Part shown: piece after piece, positions 39,601 to 52,449 of the stretch
Numbering within the stretch: the first letter of the stretch is position 1
How the letters are laid out: the number at the start of each line of letters is the position of its first letter
Source of the DNA: Cetorhinus maximus
Taxonomy: Eukaryota
Direction: 5' to 3'
Length of the DNA: 64,000 nucleotides
NCBI RefSeq assembly: GCF_964194155.1
Contig: NC_135894.1
Location: forward strand, 2,356,001-2,420,000
The notes under the pieces: generated by a model
The model's input: only the letters and a program-made list of their open reading frames with translations
Told to the model about the DNA's origin: nothing
Databases searched by the model: none
Made by a program: the position numbers and the translations under genes

Positions 39601-40715
39601 CAAGTTCCTTCTTGCTCCGTGAGCTCATTATAGCTTTGCCAAGTGGTAATATGGGTTCGCCGCGTTAGTGTCATCAGGCACACCCTCTGGGGGTAATCCT
39701 TGTCCTAGAGAAGCCATTCTGCAAACTCGGTTGAAACAAGAAGGCGTTAGGGATCACTTAATGACTAAAAATATGGAGTTCGTGGAAACTCCCAGTAACC
39801 ATGTGGTCAGGCACTAGTTGACCATTCTTTGAGGATAAACCCTTGCTGTTGACATAGTTTACCCCGTGTTGCTGTGTGGACCTGAGCATTACGTGAGTGC
39901 AGTACATTACACCCTGCAGCTGTGGGAAAACTGATATTTGAGTAAAATACCAGTGCTCTTTCATGATGGACCTCCTGGTCGCGGGTGAGATGCATAATTT
40001 GGGGTGCACAAAGGACAATGGAATCCGTGACCTCTTGGCTAGCGATATCACCCCGAGGTCACCTGTGAAGCCCTGAAAGGAGCCATAGATGTAATAATAG
40101 AGCACGGAAGTCACTTCCCCGGCCATGGGAAGTGGACAGCGTCGATGTCCCCATGATGTCAAATCCTGCAGCAGGTGGCAGATGAGACCTGCAAAATCCG
40201 TGGGCAAATTTCATTTTCAGCAAAAGAGTTTTTTGGTAATCTGCACGAAAGTAGACCTAGCTTGGCGCCACCCAGTGTTTGATCAGTGTTTCTTCCGCAG
40301 CCTGGCAGGAGGCCCAGTGGCCCTTGCTTCCTGTGTTTGCTGCTACTCACTTTGCAAGACAGGAAACTTTGTTGCTCCATTATCCATCATCTTTGCTCTA
40401 TGCAACGAGACGTTGTGCTAAATCAAATCCCTTACATGCTCCTGATGCATTCCTCCTGCTGCACGAAAGAGGGAGAAATGTGTGTTAGTTTTGATGTTCA
40501 AAAATATATACTCGTTAATTCAGAGGCCCCTTAAGAGCGTGCTGGCCAACAAGTGACTGGTCAATAATTAGTGCACTGCTTGTTTTCTAGAAACCCCGTC
40601 GACTACCACCGCACTCCCTGCGGCCGATTAGTGGCAGCTCAGCCCACTGGACAGCATGCTGAGCTATCAGCTCAGGGGCAGGCATTCTCATAACCCGCAC
40701 TGTAAACTTCACTGT
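36625..40715. mobile_element. PIF/Harbinger element with convergent Myb/SANT ORF (+, from 36827) and transposase (-, ~39260-40300)
   Basis: MAPKGKKTAPP..SLE..VEAR..LYP on +; ICHLLQDL..PLPMAGEVTSVLYYYIYGSFQGFTGDL and GMLKMCFCCL..GGSL..VSRIV..HYNLAMQR on -. Confidence 0.8.
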
Positions 40716-41329
40716 TAGAATGAACCAAAGGGGAGAATGATCCAAACCGGGATCATGACATTGCAATGGCCTGTGAATGATTCTGTCGGTGAGTCTCCAT
40801 GGACATTTTCAGCAATAGATTGTACAGCGTGACCAGTAGTTGAACTGCTCTGCAACGGTTTTGTATTCGGTTTTGTGCAGTATGCGCCCGATGAGTTGAT
40901 AGCTTTGGAGCACTTTTTGTCACTTTCAGACCTCTGCACTTCTTGATTGGGAAGATGAGCTAAAGGACCGTCTCCAAGCATGTTAATGTGGCTTCATCTG
41001 ATCTGCCTGAGCTGCGGAGCAAATGATTACTTTGTAGAATGTTTCTCCATTGCGTGGCCGCGTACCTAGCCAAAGCTCCACACCCTCCCCAAACATCACC
41101 CGTGCTTTTGCAATGCCATCAACTGCAGTGCAGGCTTTCACTCCGGCCAAATCGTGCAAACCACAGGGCAGCCCTGCCCCCGTCAACTTTCCCCATCCAC
41201 AGGATAGCTCTCCCCCTGCACGGCTCTGCTCATCTGCAAGGACGCCTTGTGAACTTTGCGTCTCTGCACACCTCAATTTTGAATTCAAGCAGGCGAGTTC
41301 CATGCCTTCTGCAATGTTACGGTGCAAAA

Positions 41330-42952
41330 TGCATAATCTAATCAAGCAGAGCCAGCATGGATTCTATAAAGGGAAATAAAATCTGATAAATTGAGTAGAA
41401 TTGTTTGAGGATGTAAGAAGCAAGATAGATAAAGGGGAAGCAATATAAGTAATAAATGTGATTTTACAATAGTCATTCGTTTAGTTAGTGCACATAAAGC
41501 TACATAATAAGATAACAACTCACGGCATTGTGGGTAGTATATTAGCATGGATAGAGGATTATCAATCTAATAAAGACAGGGAGTTGCGATAAGGAGGGAA
41601 TTTTCATTGTCGCAAACTGCAGCTCATTGCGCGCAGCAGGATCAGTGCTGGGTCCTGAATTATTTATAACATATATTAATGACTTAGTGAATGTATTATT
41701 GCCACGTCTGCAGCTGAGACAATAAATCGATACGAAGACACGTGGTGAGCATAAGGCCATAAACCATAAGACACAGGGACATCCAATGAAATAATGTAAC
41801 AAACAGAATAGGTCATTCACCCATTGAGTCTGCTTTACCATTTATTGTGATCATGGCTGATCTGATAAAGCACAATCCCACTTTCCGGCACTTACCCCAA
41901 AAGCGTTAATTCCCTTACTGAATAAAAGTGTTTCTGTCTCAGCCTTGCTTATAGTTTATGGCCCAGCATATGCATTCCCTCTGTGGTAAAGAATTTTGCA
42001 GATTGGCTATGCTCCAAGAGAATAAATTCACATTAATTCACTCCACATTTATGTTTTAAATGAGCGCCCATTTACTCTGACATTATGCTGGCACAGATAA
42101 TCTGCAGAGGGATATAGATTGGTTAAGTGATTGAGCAAAAACGTGGCAGATGGAATAGAGTGCGGGAAAATAAGAGGCTTTGCGCATTGGCAGGCAGAAT
42201 AGTGGAGCCGAATATTATTTAAATGGAGAAATATTACTGAAATGTACAGCAAAGAGCGAAATAGGCGTCCTTGTGCATAGATCACGCAAATTTTCCACAC
42301 AATTTCGGAAGGTAATAGTTAAGGCATATGGAATGTTGGTGTTCCTTGCAAAGAGAACGTATTATAAAAACAGGTACTGGTTATACCACACCTTTAATTC
42401 TGAAAACAGTTTTGTCCACTTATCTAAGGAAAGATATTTTTCAATTGTAGACAACGCAAAGGATGTTCATTAAGTTGAACCTGGGTATCGATGGATTTTT
42501 TTTTTCATCCGGGGATATTGAGCATGTTGGGCCTATTTTGATTGGAGTTTAGATGATTCGGAGGCTGCATGACTGAAACATATAAGGTGCTTAGGGTTCT
42601 TGACAGTTTAGAGGCAAAGAGGTTGCATCACTATGAGGGAAGGCCTGCAGCAAAAGGGCATAAGCTCAGGGTAAAGGTGCCCCCATTCAAGAGATGGCAA
42701 ATTTGTCGCTCAGTGGATAGCCAATCTGTGGATTTTCTTTTTTTATGCAGGGGGCTGTTGATGCTGGCTCGTTAAGGGCACTCAAGTCTAATGCAGACAG
42801 TTTAAAAAAAAAATCACATGGAATAAAGGATTACAGGGAAGAGGAAGGATAATGGAGTTGAGGATTATCAGGTCAGCCATTATTTCATTGAATAGGGGAG
42901 CTTAGTCAATATGTCCAATGGCCTAATCCTGTTCCTTTCATTTTATGGTATG
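41330..42952 (+). mobile_element. CR1 LINE RT to 3' end
   Basis: NLIKQSQHGFYKGK, QQGSVLGPELFITYINDL ~41634, AYGMLVFLAK, CR1-type terminus. Confidence 0.85.
41750..42085 (-). mobile_element. CR1 3' end inserted antisense within the CR1
   Basis: cataag..ataggtcattcacccattgagtctgc..gatcatggctgatctg; host RT resumes ctgcagagggatataga. Confidence 0.75.
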
Positions 42953-43519
42953 ACGGTACTACTCACCTCCAGGTCCCCCCACAAGCACAGTCGGCCATGT
43001 GCACGCCTTATGTATTCAGCTGTTTTGATGCACAGAAGAAAGTAAAAGGTGTGGGGATGCTTCCAGCGGGCTGGGATTCTAATGATTTGCAGATGTATTG
43101 CAGTGAGCTTACGGACGTCCGGCGGAAATGCAGCCCATCATTGGCAGGCCGAGTGGCGATTGCAAACTGATTGCCTTAGGTTATGAAACTATGTTTTCTC
43201 TCGTCGTTTTAGCCCTTCATGCCAACGACCACGCCCGACGACTGCGGGCAGGGGAATTTCCACGCTTTTCAAAATTGCTCCACGTAGTTTATATTATGTC
43301 TGATAATTCCTGCTCCCCAATCTGTCCTTCACTCGTCCCTGAATTAAATTTATCTTACTTCGTGTCCCTCTATTACACCACTCTGTGTACATGCTCCTGA
43401 AGGTTATCACTGTCCCCTTCAGTGTTTATGTTTACAAACTCCTGTCATCTTCAAATGATCTTCTTAAAATAGAAATAAAAAAATACATTTCTATGTATCA
43501 TAAAGGGCAGTGTCCCTAT

Positions 43520-44236
43520 TAAGGATCTCTGGTGAAAATAACTTTGTCAGAATAACAATCCTTCACAATTTCCATGTACCGTCTCTTAGTCAATGTCATA
43601 TCCGGACTTTCACTCCGCTTTTAACCCATGGAGTTCGGTTTCTGTAATAAATCCATTTAAATCCCCAACTTCCCACTGGGCCTTTTAAAGCCTTCCATGC
43701 TGAATATTGAGTTCAATAACTTTAGATCATGAACTCTGCCCTCCATTCCCACCCCATTTCCGATCACCCCCCTTTTCCAATAATTTATATATATATACTT
43801 CCATTATTTTTAAATGTATTTACATCCCTTGTTTTATCTCTACCATTTAGAGAATTTCGATTCCATCACCCCTCCCCACCCCCAGTACGGCGATCCCGTC
43901 CTGCTTTCTACCCTTAATGTCACCATCTGCACTTTTCTTAGCCAACATCGACACCGTAACACCTCTTTGTCCTTTTGCCAATGACATTTTTTTGGCAATC
44001 CCCACCTATCACTGGCCTTCTATACAGCTCTAACTTTCGCAGCCCCCCATCCCACCCCTTGAACCAAGTTAGATTTCACCTCATTCCTATTTTTCCTTCG
44101 TTCAAATGAAGATTCGCACGGACTCGAAATGTTAACAGTGCTCCTCTCCGCAGATGCTGTCAGACCTGCTGAGTTTTTTCCAGGGATTGTTGGTTTTGTT
44201 TCTGATTTCCAGCATCCTCAGGTTCTTGCTTTTATT
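43520..44236 (+). mobile_element. Penelope-like 3' region/pseudo-LTR
   Basis: atattgagttcaataactttaga, then cagatgctgtcagacctgctgagttt..tgatttccagcatc typical of fish/shark PLE ends. Confidence 0.7.
44095..44140 (+). ncRNA. Degenerate minimal hammerhead ribozyme relic
   Basis: caaatga-agattc-gcacg-gactc-gaaa-tgtt versus core CUGAUGA-stemII-GAAA; the core is mutated. Confidence 0.45.
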
Positions 44237-44902
44237 CATTTAAAGCCGCTTGATCACCCTGTTTTCATGCACATAACATCAAGGTCACTTCCTCATCAAC
44301 CCTCGAGCTCCTAAGGCAAAAAGAACAACATTCAGTTAATCATATATGATTTTCCACGAAATTCTCTGTGATTCTGGTCATTTCGAAACATCCTTTTCTC
44401 ACAAAGAAAGTTTAGTGTCATCCTTGATTATTAATTTCTTTCTAGAATATACAATCAAAATTTTGAACAATGTTTCTCCAACATTACGCTAAATGCTCAG
44501 CAGTTTTAATGTTTATCCCTCTATCCCTTTATAAGCATCGTGGAATACTTATAAAACTCCATTCCTCTAACGCCACTTCAACATCCAAAGAGGATTGGAA
44601 TATTATGTGTTAAGTTCCTTCCCGATTTGCACCATTCCTTCTCTCAGGAACCCTGACATATCCAATAGAGTGCGGGTAAATGTCCTAATTTAGTTAGATG
44701 TAAAACGTGCTGGATTGAAACGGGTTAACAGAAACTGCTTTTTTTTTTCAGTGGCTGTGTTAATATCAGCCCTCACTAGTCATATTTTGTTATTACAGGG
44801 TTTCCCTCTACTATTTATAGGGGACTGTGTTCAATGTGTTATTTCATAGTGTCAGTGGGAGCATCTCCTCCGGCACTAAAAGTGAACAGTGGCTCCAGAG
44901 AG

Positions 44903-45246
44903 ACGGAGAGCGGAGTTCAGAATCTAAGTACAATAGATTGCAATTTTTCAACAATCGATCTCAGAGCAATAAATTGGAATGTTACAACAGTGCATCAGAT
45001 CCTGAGAACATGATTGGAAGGTTGCAACAGTGGATCAGAATCTGAGATCAGTAGATTGGAATGTTTCAACAATGGATCAGAATCTGAGAACAATAGAATG
45101 GAATGTTCCTGCAATGGGCAGGAGATATTCCGATAGACATTACATGCTTTCACTGGACAGGATACCTCTAAAATGGCAGATAGAATACGTATTTATTGTT
45201 ATTCCATCAGTTTACTATCCCATCCTGGTAATTATTGATATCCCTG
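44903..45246 (+). pseudogene. GPR139-like GPCR pseudogene copy B, exon 1
   Basis: ACG at 44903 aligns with copy A ATG; open from 45030 (ATG at 45072, 45114) to VYYPILVIIDIP-G|gttaga donor at 45247. Confidence 0.8.
44912..45113 (+). repeat. Coding minisatellite, 5 units of 42/36/40/42/42 bp (consensus ATGGATCAGAATCTGAGAACAATAGATTGGAATGTTTCAACA)
   Basis: Units start 44912, 44954, 44990, 45030, 45072. Confidence 0.9.
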
Positions 45247-45496
45247 GTTAGAGTCCCTATCTCGTTATTTATTAAATAAATCGTTTTTACCTCTTTTTCT
45301 GTTGATGTAATTTAACATCTGGAGAGGCAGCATCCATTCACGTCTGTTCCAGTCAGTATGTCAAGCCTTTATCCACCAGCTCCATTTCCATCCCTGATTG
45401 ATATCTGAGGCTGTTCTCAGACTCCATGCTCCATTTGACCATGAGCTCATTTATCGGACTATATTCTCTCCATCCCAAATTCTGTGGACGACCATG

Positions 45497-48480
45497 ATAT
45501 ATGAAATTAAGGAACACAAGTAGGTGTAGATCATTGAGAGCTTCATTCCCAGTCCACCGTTCAATAAGATGATGGCTCAACTTCTACTTCAACATAATTT
45601 TGCCGCACTATCCCCGTATCCCTTAATGTTTTCTTTTAATATGTTGAAATATATCGATCCCAGTCTTAAAGATGTTCAACAACGGAACCTCCACAGCCCT
45701 GTGCGGCAGAGAATTCGAAAGATTCACCACAATTTAAATAATTTTAAAAAAACATTCCTAAATGGCTTTCCATTTTTTCTGAGACTGTGCACCTGATTCT
45801 AGTACACCCCGGCATGAGAAAGATCCTTCCTAAATCTACCCTGTAGAGCCAGAGAATAAGCTCCCAGACTGTTTTATCTTTCCTCATAGGACAGAACCTC
45901 CATTCCAGGAATTAATTTGATGAAACGTCGTTGCATTTTCTCTATGGCAAATATAGCTCTCCTTTGGTCGAGAGAGCATAACTGCACACCGTATTCCAGG
46001 TGTTGTATCACGAAGGCGAGCACGCACCCCCTCACTAAGGTCCTATATAATTGCAGTAAGACATCTTTACTTCTACATTATGTTAATCTTGAAATGAATG
46101 CCAGCATGCCATGAACCAGCTTCATTGCTTGTGGTAACTGCATGATTCAACCGAAGTACCTTTGAAATTTAGCATTTCGATAAATAACAGATAGCCTATA
46201 TTTCTGTTGTTTTCGTACCAAAGTAGACAGTCTCACATTTCTATTATGTATATTCCATCTGCCATATTTCTTTGCCTACTCGCGTTTACCCTCTAAATCC
46301 ACTGAACGCACCTTTGCCCCCTCCTCATATCTCATACTTCCACCATGTTTTCTGTCATCAGCAAAATTTGCAAATGTTATCGAAATACACTGTGAATAGC
46401 TGCGGTCAAATCTCTGGTCTCTGTGGCACACGCTAGTCATTGCCTGCCAACCTGCAATTCAGCAATTTACTCATGCCTCTGTTTTCTGCCCATTAACCAG
46501 TTCTCAATTCAAGCCAGTATAGTATCCACAACAGTGTGTTCGACACTTGTTTACTAAACTCTTGTGCGTGACTGTATCAAAAGCTTCCTAAACATTTCAG
46601 TACAAAACACTCATCAGTCGCCAATATACCTATTTCGCTTTTTATATTGTCAAAAATCTCCAACAGCTATGACAGACATGATTTTCCTTTCATAATTCCA
46701 TGTTGATTCTGCTCAGTCATACATTTTCCTAAGTGCCCTGTTATCATATCCTTTATAATAGAATCGCGCATTTTCCCTGCTACTTATGTTATGCCCGCAG
46801 GGGTTTATTTTGTTGTTTTCTCATGACCTTTCTTAAATAGTTGGGTTACATTTGCAACCTTCCAATCTGCAGCAGTATTTCAAACTCTAATGCAAATTCA
46901 ATGATGAAGAACGTTGCATCTTCTATCGATATAGCCACCTCCTTCAGCACTCTAAGATATAGATACATTCATATATAAAAACATTTAAATTATGAAACAG
47001 TCTGTCACCCGGGCCTTCAAGACAATCGTTAAGTTCATTGCGGATCTGGCTGCAACACTTCGCCTATCCCCCCTTACTTTTCACTCCATTATTTAATTAC
47101 CACCCCTGCAATGGCAATAAGGTTAGATATAGATATTTATGTTTCAGCTGGAAATTTATCAATTTTTTTGTGGATTCAAACACACAGCTCTCAATTCAGC
47201 TTTTTAACTATTTTTTGTGAAATCCTGCCCTTATCTAATGTCTGCAATAAGTGTCTCTTGCTGCTATACTGTAAATAACATCATCTCTATTACATTCTTC
47301 ATCATTATTATACATTAGGGTCAACATTTATTCCCCTTGTTCATAGGGCATTTAAGAGTTAACCACAATGTTGTGGGTCTGGAGTCATATGTAGGCCAGA
47401 CTAGGTAAGGACGGCAGGCTTACTTCCCTAAAGGACATCAGTGAACCTGATCTGTTTTTGAACAATGGTTATTGTTAGTTATTTAACTCCAGCTTTTTTA
47501 ATTAAGTGTATAAAAAATTTCGACATCTGCCATAGTGGGATTTGTACCCGTGCCATCAGACTCTTTCCCAGCCTTTCCACACTATTAGACTGTGACAATC
47601 CTACTTTGCTAGAACCTCCCCAAACCTATTTCCTTGTCAATTGCCTCTAATTTTGAGAATCTTCTCCTACATCACCAGTTCTTACCTTTATGTATTTTAA
47701 AGCACTCTGCTTCCAAAGTTCTACGACTAGCCGTAATATTGGGCTCAGAACATTTTATGTGAAGAATGTCCAAATGCTACAGCCCCCACATTCCCCAACA
47801 CTGTTTCTATTGCCCCGCGAACTGGAAATAATTTTTTACGTACTGGTTGTGAACCATGCATTAATCTCCCTAATCGTATTTACACTATGCATGTTTACAC
47901 AAAGCTCAGGCAATAATCAGAAGACTCTTACATTTGACGTTCTGCGTTTTATTAAAATTTGGAGTATGGCTCCTCGTCCTCCCAATGCAGAACTTCTAGC
48001 TTATGCCATTGGCGCCAACATGGACCGTCACACCTTTCTCTGCAGCCCTGAGCAACCATCTAGATCCCTTGCACAGGACAGGCAAGACAACTGCTCGACT
48101 ATCAATCTCAGTTGCTAAGAACAGTTTACATCCTTCTTAATATACTGTCCCCTACTGGCAGTACATTCATCCTTTCTCCCTCCACACCCCCCACCGCCCC
48201 CCAGAAACACACACACACTTGGAAGACTTCCTGTACTGTGGCGCCAAGGTCAGCCTGCTCTTCCGAACTGCAACCTTCACTCTTGTCCATACAAGCTGCG
48301 AGAACCTCGAAGGTGTTGATCAATTACATGGGTGAGGTTCCTCTCCACCCACCTTACCCATCCCCTTGCTTTCCTGTCCCATAGTGTCAACTTCCTATCC
48401 ATGATCACTGACCAAGTGATGGCGTGAACTGATGGCCATCTTGAAAAAAGTGTTCTGTCCATTGTACTTGCACCTCGGAG
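45497..48480 (-). mobile_element. CR1 LINE (3' end, RT, deleted middle, ORF1 esterase) in the intron of copy B
   Basis: Reverse CR1 terminus at ~45500, LEYGVQL, RT region ~46300-46960, VGDSILR at ~48140-48165. Confidence 0.8.
47300..47620 (-). mobile_element. tRNA-derived SINE (family of 20326-20700)
   Basis: gtgggtctggagtcatatgtaggccagac..ttccctaaaggacatcagtgaacc..tctgccatagtgggattt. Confidence 0.8.
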
Positions 48481-48959
48481 TTCCCATATGCTGCAGTCGA
48501 GAACATCATTTTTCCTGCCATATTTGTTGTGATAATTGAATGTGTCTTTCCGAATTAATTAATATTGCCCCTCTTAGATGAAATCGCTCTCTCACCAAAA
48601 TTCCGCAGCCTCCGTCAGTATTCTCAAGCAGCAGGCAACGACTTGTATATTTATACTCTCAGTTTTGCACAAGCTCAGAAACCAGTTTATCCTGGCTCCA
48701 TAGCCATGTCAAAAATCAGCACATCCTTCTCAGCAGAGATGCTGAATAAAGATCCATCGGTACCTTAGTTACATCCAGACTCGGCTATTCAAATATTATC
48801 CAGTCCGGACAATTGATCTTACAAAGCTTCATAAGCCTCAGTTCATCCAAAGCTCTGCTGTCCTCAGCCTATTACATGTATTCATCTGTCCTTGTTCATC
48901 AACTTCGAAGTTAGTCGTTTTGCCTTGTTGATTAAAAGCATTAGCTGGAAAGTTTGTGG

Positions 48960-50130
48960 TGGTGCTTTGGATGGTTGTCAGGAGGTTGTTTTGTGAGCTG
49001 CTGCGTATGTTCAGAGAGGACAGGATTTGGTGACCGAACTCTGGGTGACGTTAGGCGACTGTAGTTATAGTGCATCTGGGTCTGAACCATGGCAAGCAGC
49101 TGGAGCTGAGGATGCAAAGTGAGAAAGATCTGTAAAAGCGGAGGAGAGGGCTCTGCCTACCAACTTCACCCAAGGATCCCCAAAAGCACTTTACCAACCA
49201 GAGCTGAGACACCTTCCGTAAAACGACCTGGAACTTCACAACAGGGTGAAGGCTGCGCTGCCAGTGAACGTTAAGTTCAAAGTTTCACAGAACTTCCATG
49301 GTTTCAGAAATTTGCAGAGAGGAGGAGCTGAAATCTCCATCAATTCCAATTATGCTGGCCATCGAGGCATCCCAAGGCAACGGATACCTTCATTGCCTGG
49401 TGAGGAAACATCGTTTTCTCCCTCAGCAGGGAAAAGCAGGAAGAGAGGTTCCATGGCTTCCTAAGGATTGTGTGAATCACGGTGGACTACGTGGCTGTGT
49501 GGGGTCCCCTTGTTAAACAGGAATGCTACGGAAACTGAAAGAACTCTCAATCGAGACATGTGTTTGTTCAAAATATATTCTTTCCTGGGCGGTGGCGTCA
49601 CTGGCTAGTTGCCCTTCATAAGGTGGTCGTGAACTGGCATAATGTACAATTGCTGTGTGATCATTCACAGTGCATCATTTTAATAAATGTCCAGTGTCCT
49701 GACAGCAGCCACGATACTTTCATTTTGAAGAAGTCAGCCATTTCAACCATCTCTAGACCTCAACGAAGAACATTAGGGTGGCTTCTCGGAGGTGACGTCT
49801 ACCCATGTGTACAAGGCTTACTACACACATTTGATAACCACTCCCCACCGCCAAACGAACACACGAAAGTAACAAATGTATAGCGAGAGGAATATATCAC
49901 CCAGGAACATCAGCGAGCAGATGTTCAGTGTGATGAAGCGACTCTCTTGATTCCTGAACCGATCAGCGTGATCCCACCAATACATGCTGGAGATGGTGTT
50001 CGAAATCATGATGTCCTGCTGCACACTTCATATCAGCACCATCATGAGGACTCACGCTTTGTTCCCAGAAATCCCGCTGATACCACAGAAGGAGGTGGAG
50101 GCAGAGCGAATACTTCTCAGATTCCTTCGA
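48960..50130 (+). mobile_element. PIF/Harbinger transposase remnant, same subfamily as 15240-16560
   Basis: aaacgacctgga and flanks align with ~15240-15620; ALPVNVK, GWLLGGDVYP, CCTLH. Confidence 0.75.
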
Positions 50131-50929
50131 CCCAGATTGGCTGTTGGAGTGTGTCTGATAATACTGTGGTTCCAATTGGACAATCTCTCCTTCCCAAAAT
50201 AGGTCACTCATTCTCCAATGTTACATGCACCCGAGCCGCCCCATCAGGCCATCCTCTTGTCCGAAATCCTGTAATAAAAACCAACAATAAAAATAATTTA
50301 ATTATCATCTTAACCCAACAAGGCATACACTTGTGTGTGTGTTTGCATATTACATGTCTTGTGTGTTCCCTTGATGTACCTTGTGTTCCTAAACATTTCC
50401 TTCCCAGGGACTGCAGCATGGCTGGTGGAAGTCTCGTGAATTTCTTTGGGAGAGAATGCAGATGGCTGTGTCCTGTCACATTCAAAAGTTTTGTGTTTGT
50501 TGCTAAAGCCAGAATTTTGTGTCCTCTTGGAAATATGAAAAGTGCCTGAAGTCACCACAACAAGTTTCCTTTTACTCTTTGCTGAAAATGTTGTTCTTGC
50601 AATAGATAATATAGTCCACAAAACATTCAGAGCTTTCTGCAAGAGCACTAGTTTTCTGACAGGGACTGTGTTTGGAGTCCGAATAATCAGCAGCGGCCAC
50701 ATCTTGCAACATATCTGCCAGCAAAAGGGCTTTACTGCTGCCTTGAAACATCCAACATTCAATTAATCATTTACAATTTACCCTTTCATCTTCGGTGTGG
50801 CACTCGGTCACATCCCAGTCAGAGACCTCAGTGGCAGCAGCAGCAGCATTAAGAACGTCGTGTACCTGGTAGCCGGGCCCGTTGGTGGGGTGAAGCTCAA
50901 CGCCGAATGACTACAGTTAGGAGGTGTGT

Positions 50930-51590
50930 GAGATTCAGGCAGTTTCCAGAGCAAACTGTGGACAGAAGCAGACTCAAATACATCGGATTCAGTTCGAGAC
51001 AATTGAGGAGGAGGCTGCGACCTTCCAGGGAGGTCGTGCCTGGGCTGTGTGTCCTTCTCCACAAAAACCTGCAGAAAAGCTTAGACCAGAGATAAGCTCT
51101 GACAGTGACATTGATGATCACTGAGGCTCTTAAAGTTATCGCAACTGGCCATGGTCAAGGCTAATGCCTGACGTGTGTGACACCTCGCAGTGAGTTTTGA
51201 GAGGGTGATCATAATCTGATCGATGACTTTTTTTCAAGTGTGGCCCGATTCATCTCTTACGAATCTGGCACAGAATCCCAGGCACAGGGGGTGACATGGT
51301 TTGCCTCCATCGCTGGCTTTCGACAGGTAAAAAGAGTGGTATACTGCACTCACTTTGTGATAAGGGCACCCACATGGAATGTAGACTGATACATGAACAT
51401 AAATGACTCCGAACCTTTGAATGTGCAATTCCTTTGTGACCGTCACAAGCGGTTATTTCATGTTTGTGCTGTTAGCCTGTCAGTTTTCCCTACTGATTTA
51501 TTCTTCATGAATCTGGACTGTCTCGTAAGTACACACGGATCCCAATGCTGCATGGTTGGATACTCGGAGATGAAGGTTATCCTGTGAGGC
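50930..51590 (+). mobile_element. Another PIF/Harbinger transposase remnant
   Basis: LRRRLRPSREVV..LC, FASIAGFRQVKRVVYCTH, LNVQFLCDRH, GWILGDEGYP. Confidence 0.8.
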
Positions 51591-51764
51591 GGGTTGGGGT
51601 GGGCGGGGCTGCTCACGCTTGTCAGTCATTTCTTTAGCCAGTTTAAAAATAATTCACCAAAATGTCAACTTAGAAAAGTAACAGCAATCTTTTATTGAAC
51701 AAATGGCCTAGAATTAATTTGTGATGAACTCATAAACAGCAGTGGGCAGCTCAGCAGACTGCAA

Positions 51765-52430
51765 CATTTATTAACCAACACAAAACGTTTAACATTGTAA
51801 TGAAAAAGGTGCCAAACTTTATCTCTCTTTAACAATAGAGTATTATACAGGTGCCAGGGAAACAGGTAAATTAATCAAAGTAGTTAGTTTGAATCACATA
51901 CCAGGCACGTTAAAACTTATCAAGTGTTCACTCGAGGTAGCACGTGAATCTGGACCTTGCAAAGTCCCAGCCTGCAAAACTCGGTCATTGACAACGCTCT
52001 GCACCGGAAAACATAGAGTTGTCTGCTTCGCAAAGAGCGTCATTCACTTAGTAGATGGTAGTCCAGCAGCTGTTGATATTTATTTCGCTGTTTGTCCCTG
52101 GGGCCAGGCCAAAGAGCACTGCGTCCTATGCCACGTAGCTGCTCGGGATACGCCTCGATAATAACCACTGTAACTCTCTCCAGAACTTCTTTGTAAGGGG
52201 ACATTCAATACGTTGGTAAAGAACAGACACTTTGCTGCCACTGCTATTTCGAGGACAACGTGCGGAGAGCATTATCTCTGTATATGCAGCAAGTGAGTGA
52301 CAGGGAGGGTCTTTGTCCCAACAAGCCAAACGAAGTTTTGGTGCTGGTTTGGAAATCCTGGAATGAGGGAATCTGAGAAACGTCTTTGACAGTCTGCTCT
52401 GGGTGCCATGGGAGAATATCCACCCTCTTC
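51765..52430 (-). mobile_element. Tx1-type L1 3' end (zinc-finger region)
   Basis: ARCPRNSSG..ECPLTKKFWRELQWLLSRRIPSS..LFGLAPGT..ININSCW. Confidence 0.75.
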
Positions 52431-52449
52431 CTTCCCTACACGTCCTCGA

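Noticed and set aside
39274-40207. Domesticated HARBI1/NAIF1 host genes
   Set aside because: Multiple stops, frameshifts and damaged catalytic motifs; several related copies in the window
44912-45113. CRISPR-like regular repeat
   Set aside because: Head-to-tail units with no unique spacers, no cas genes, vertebrate context
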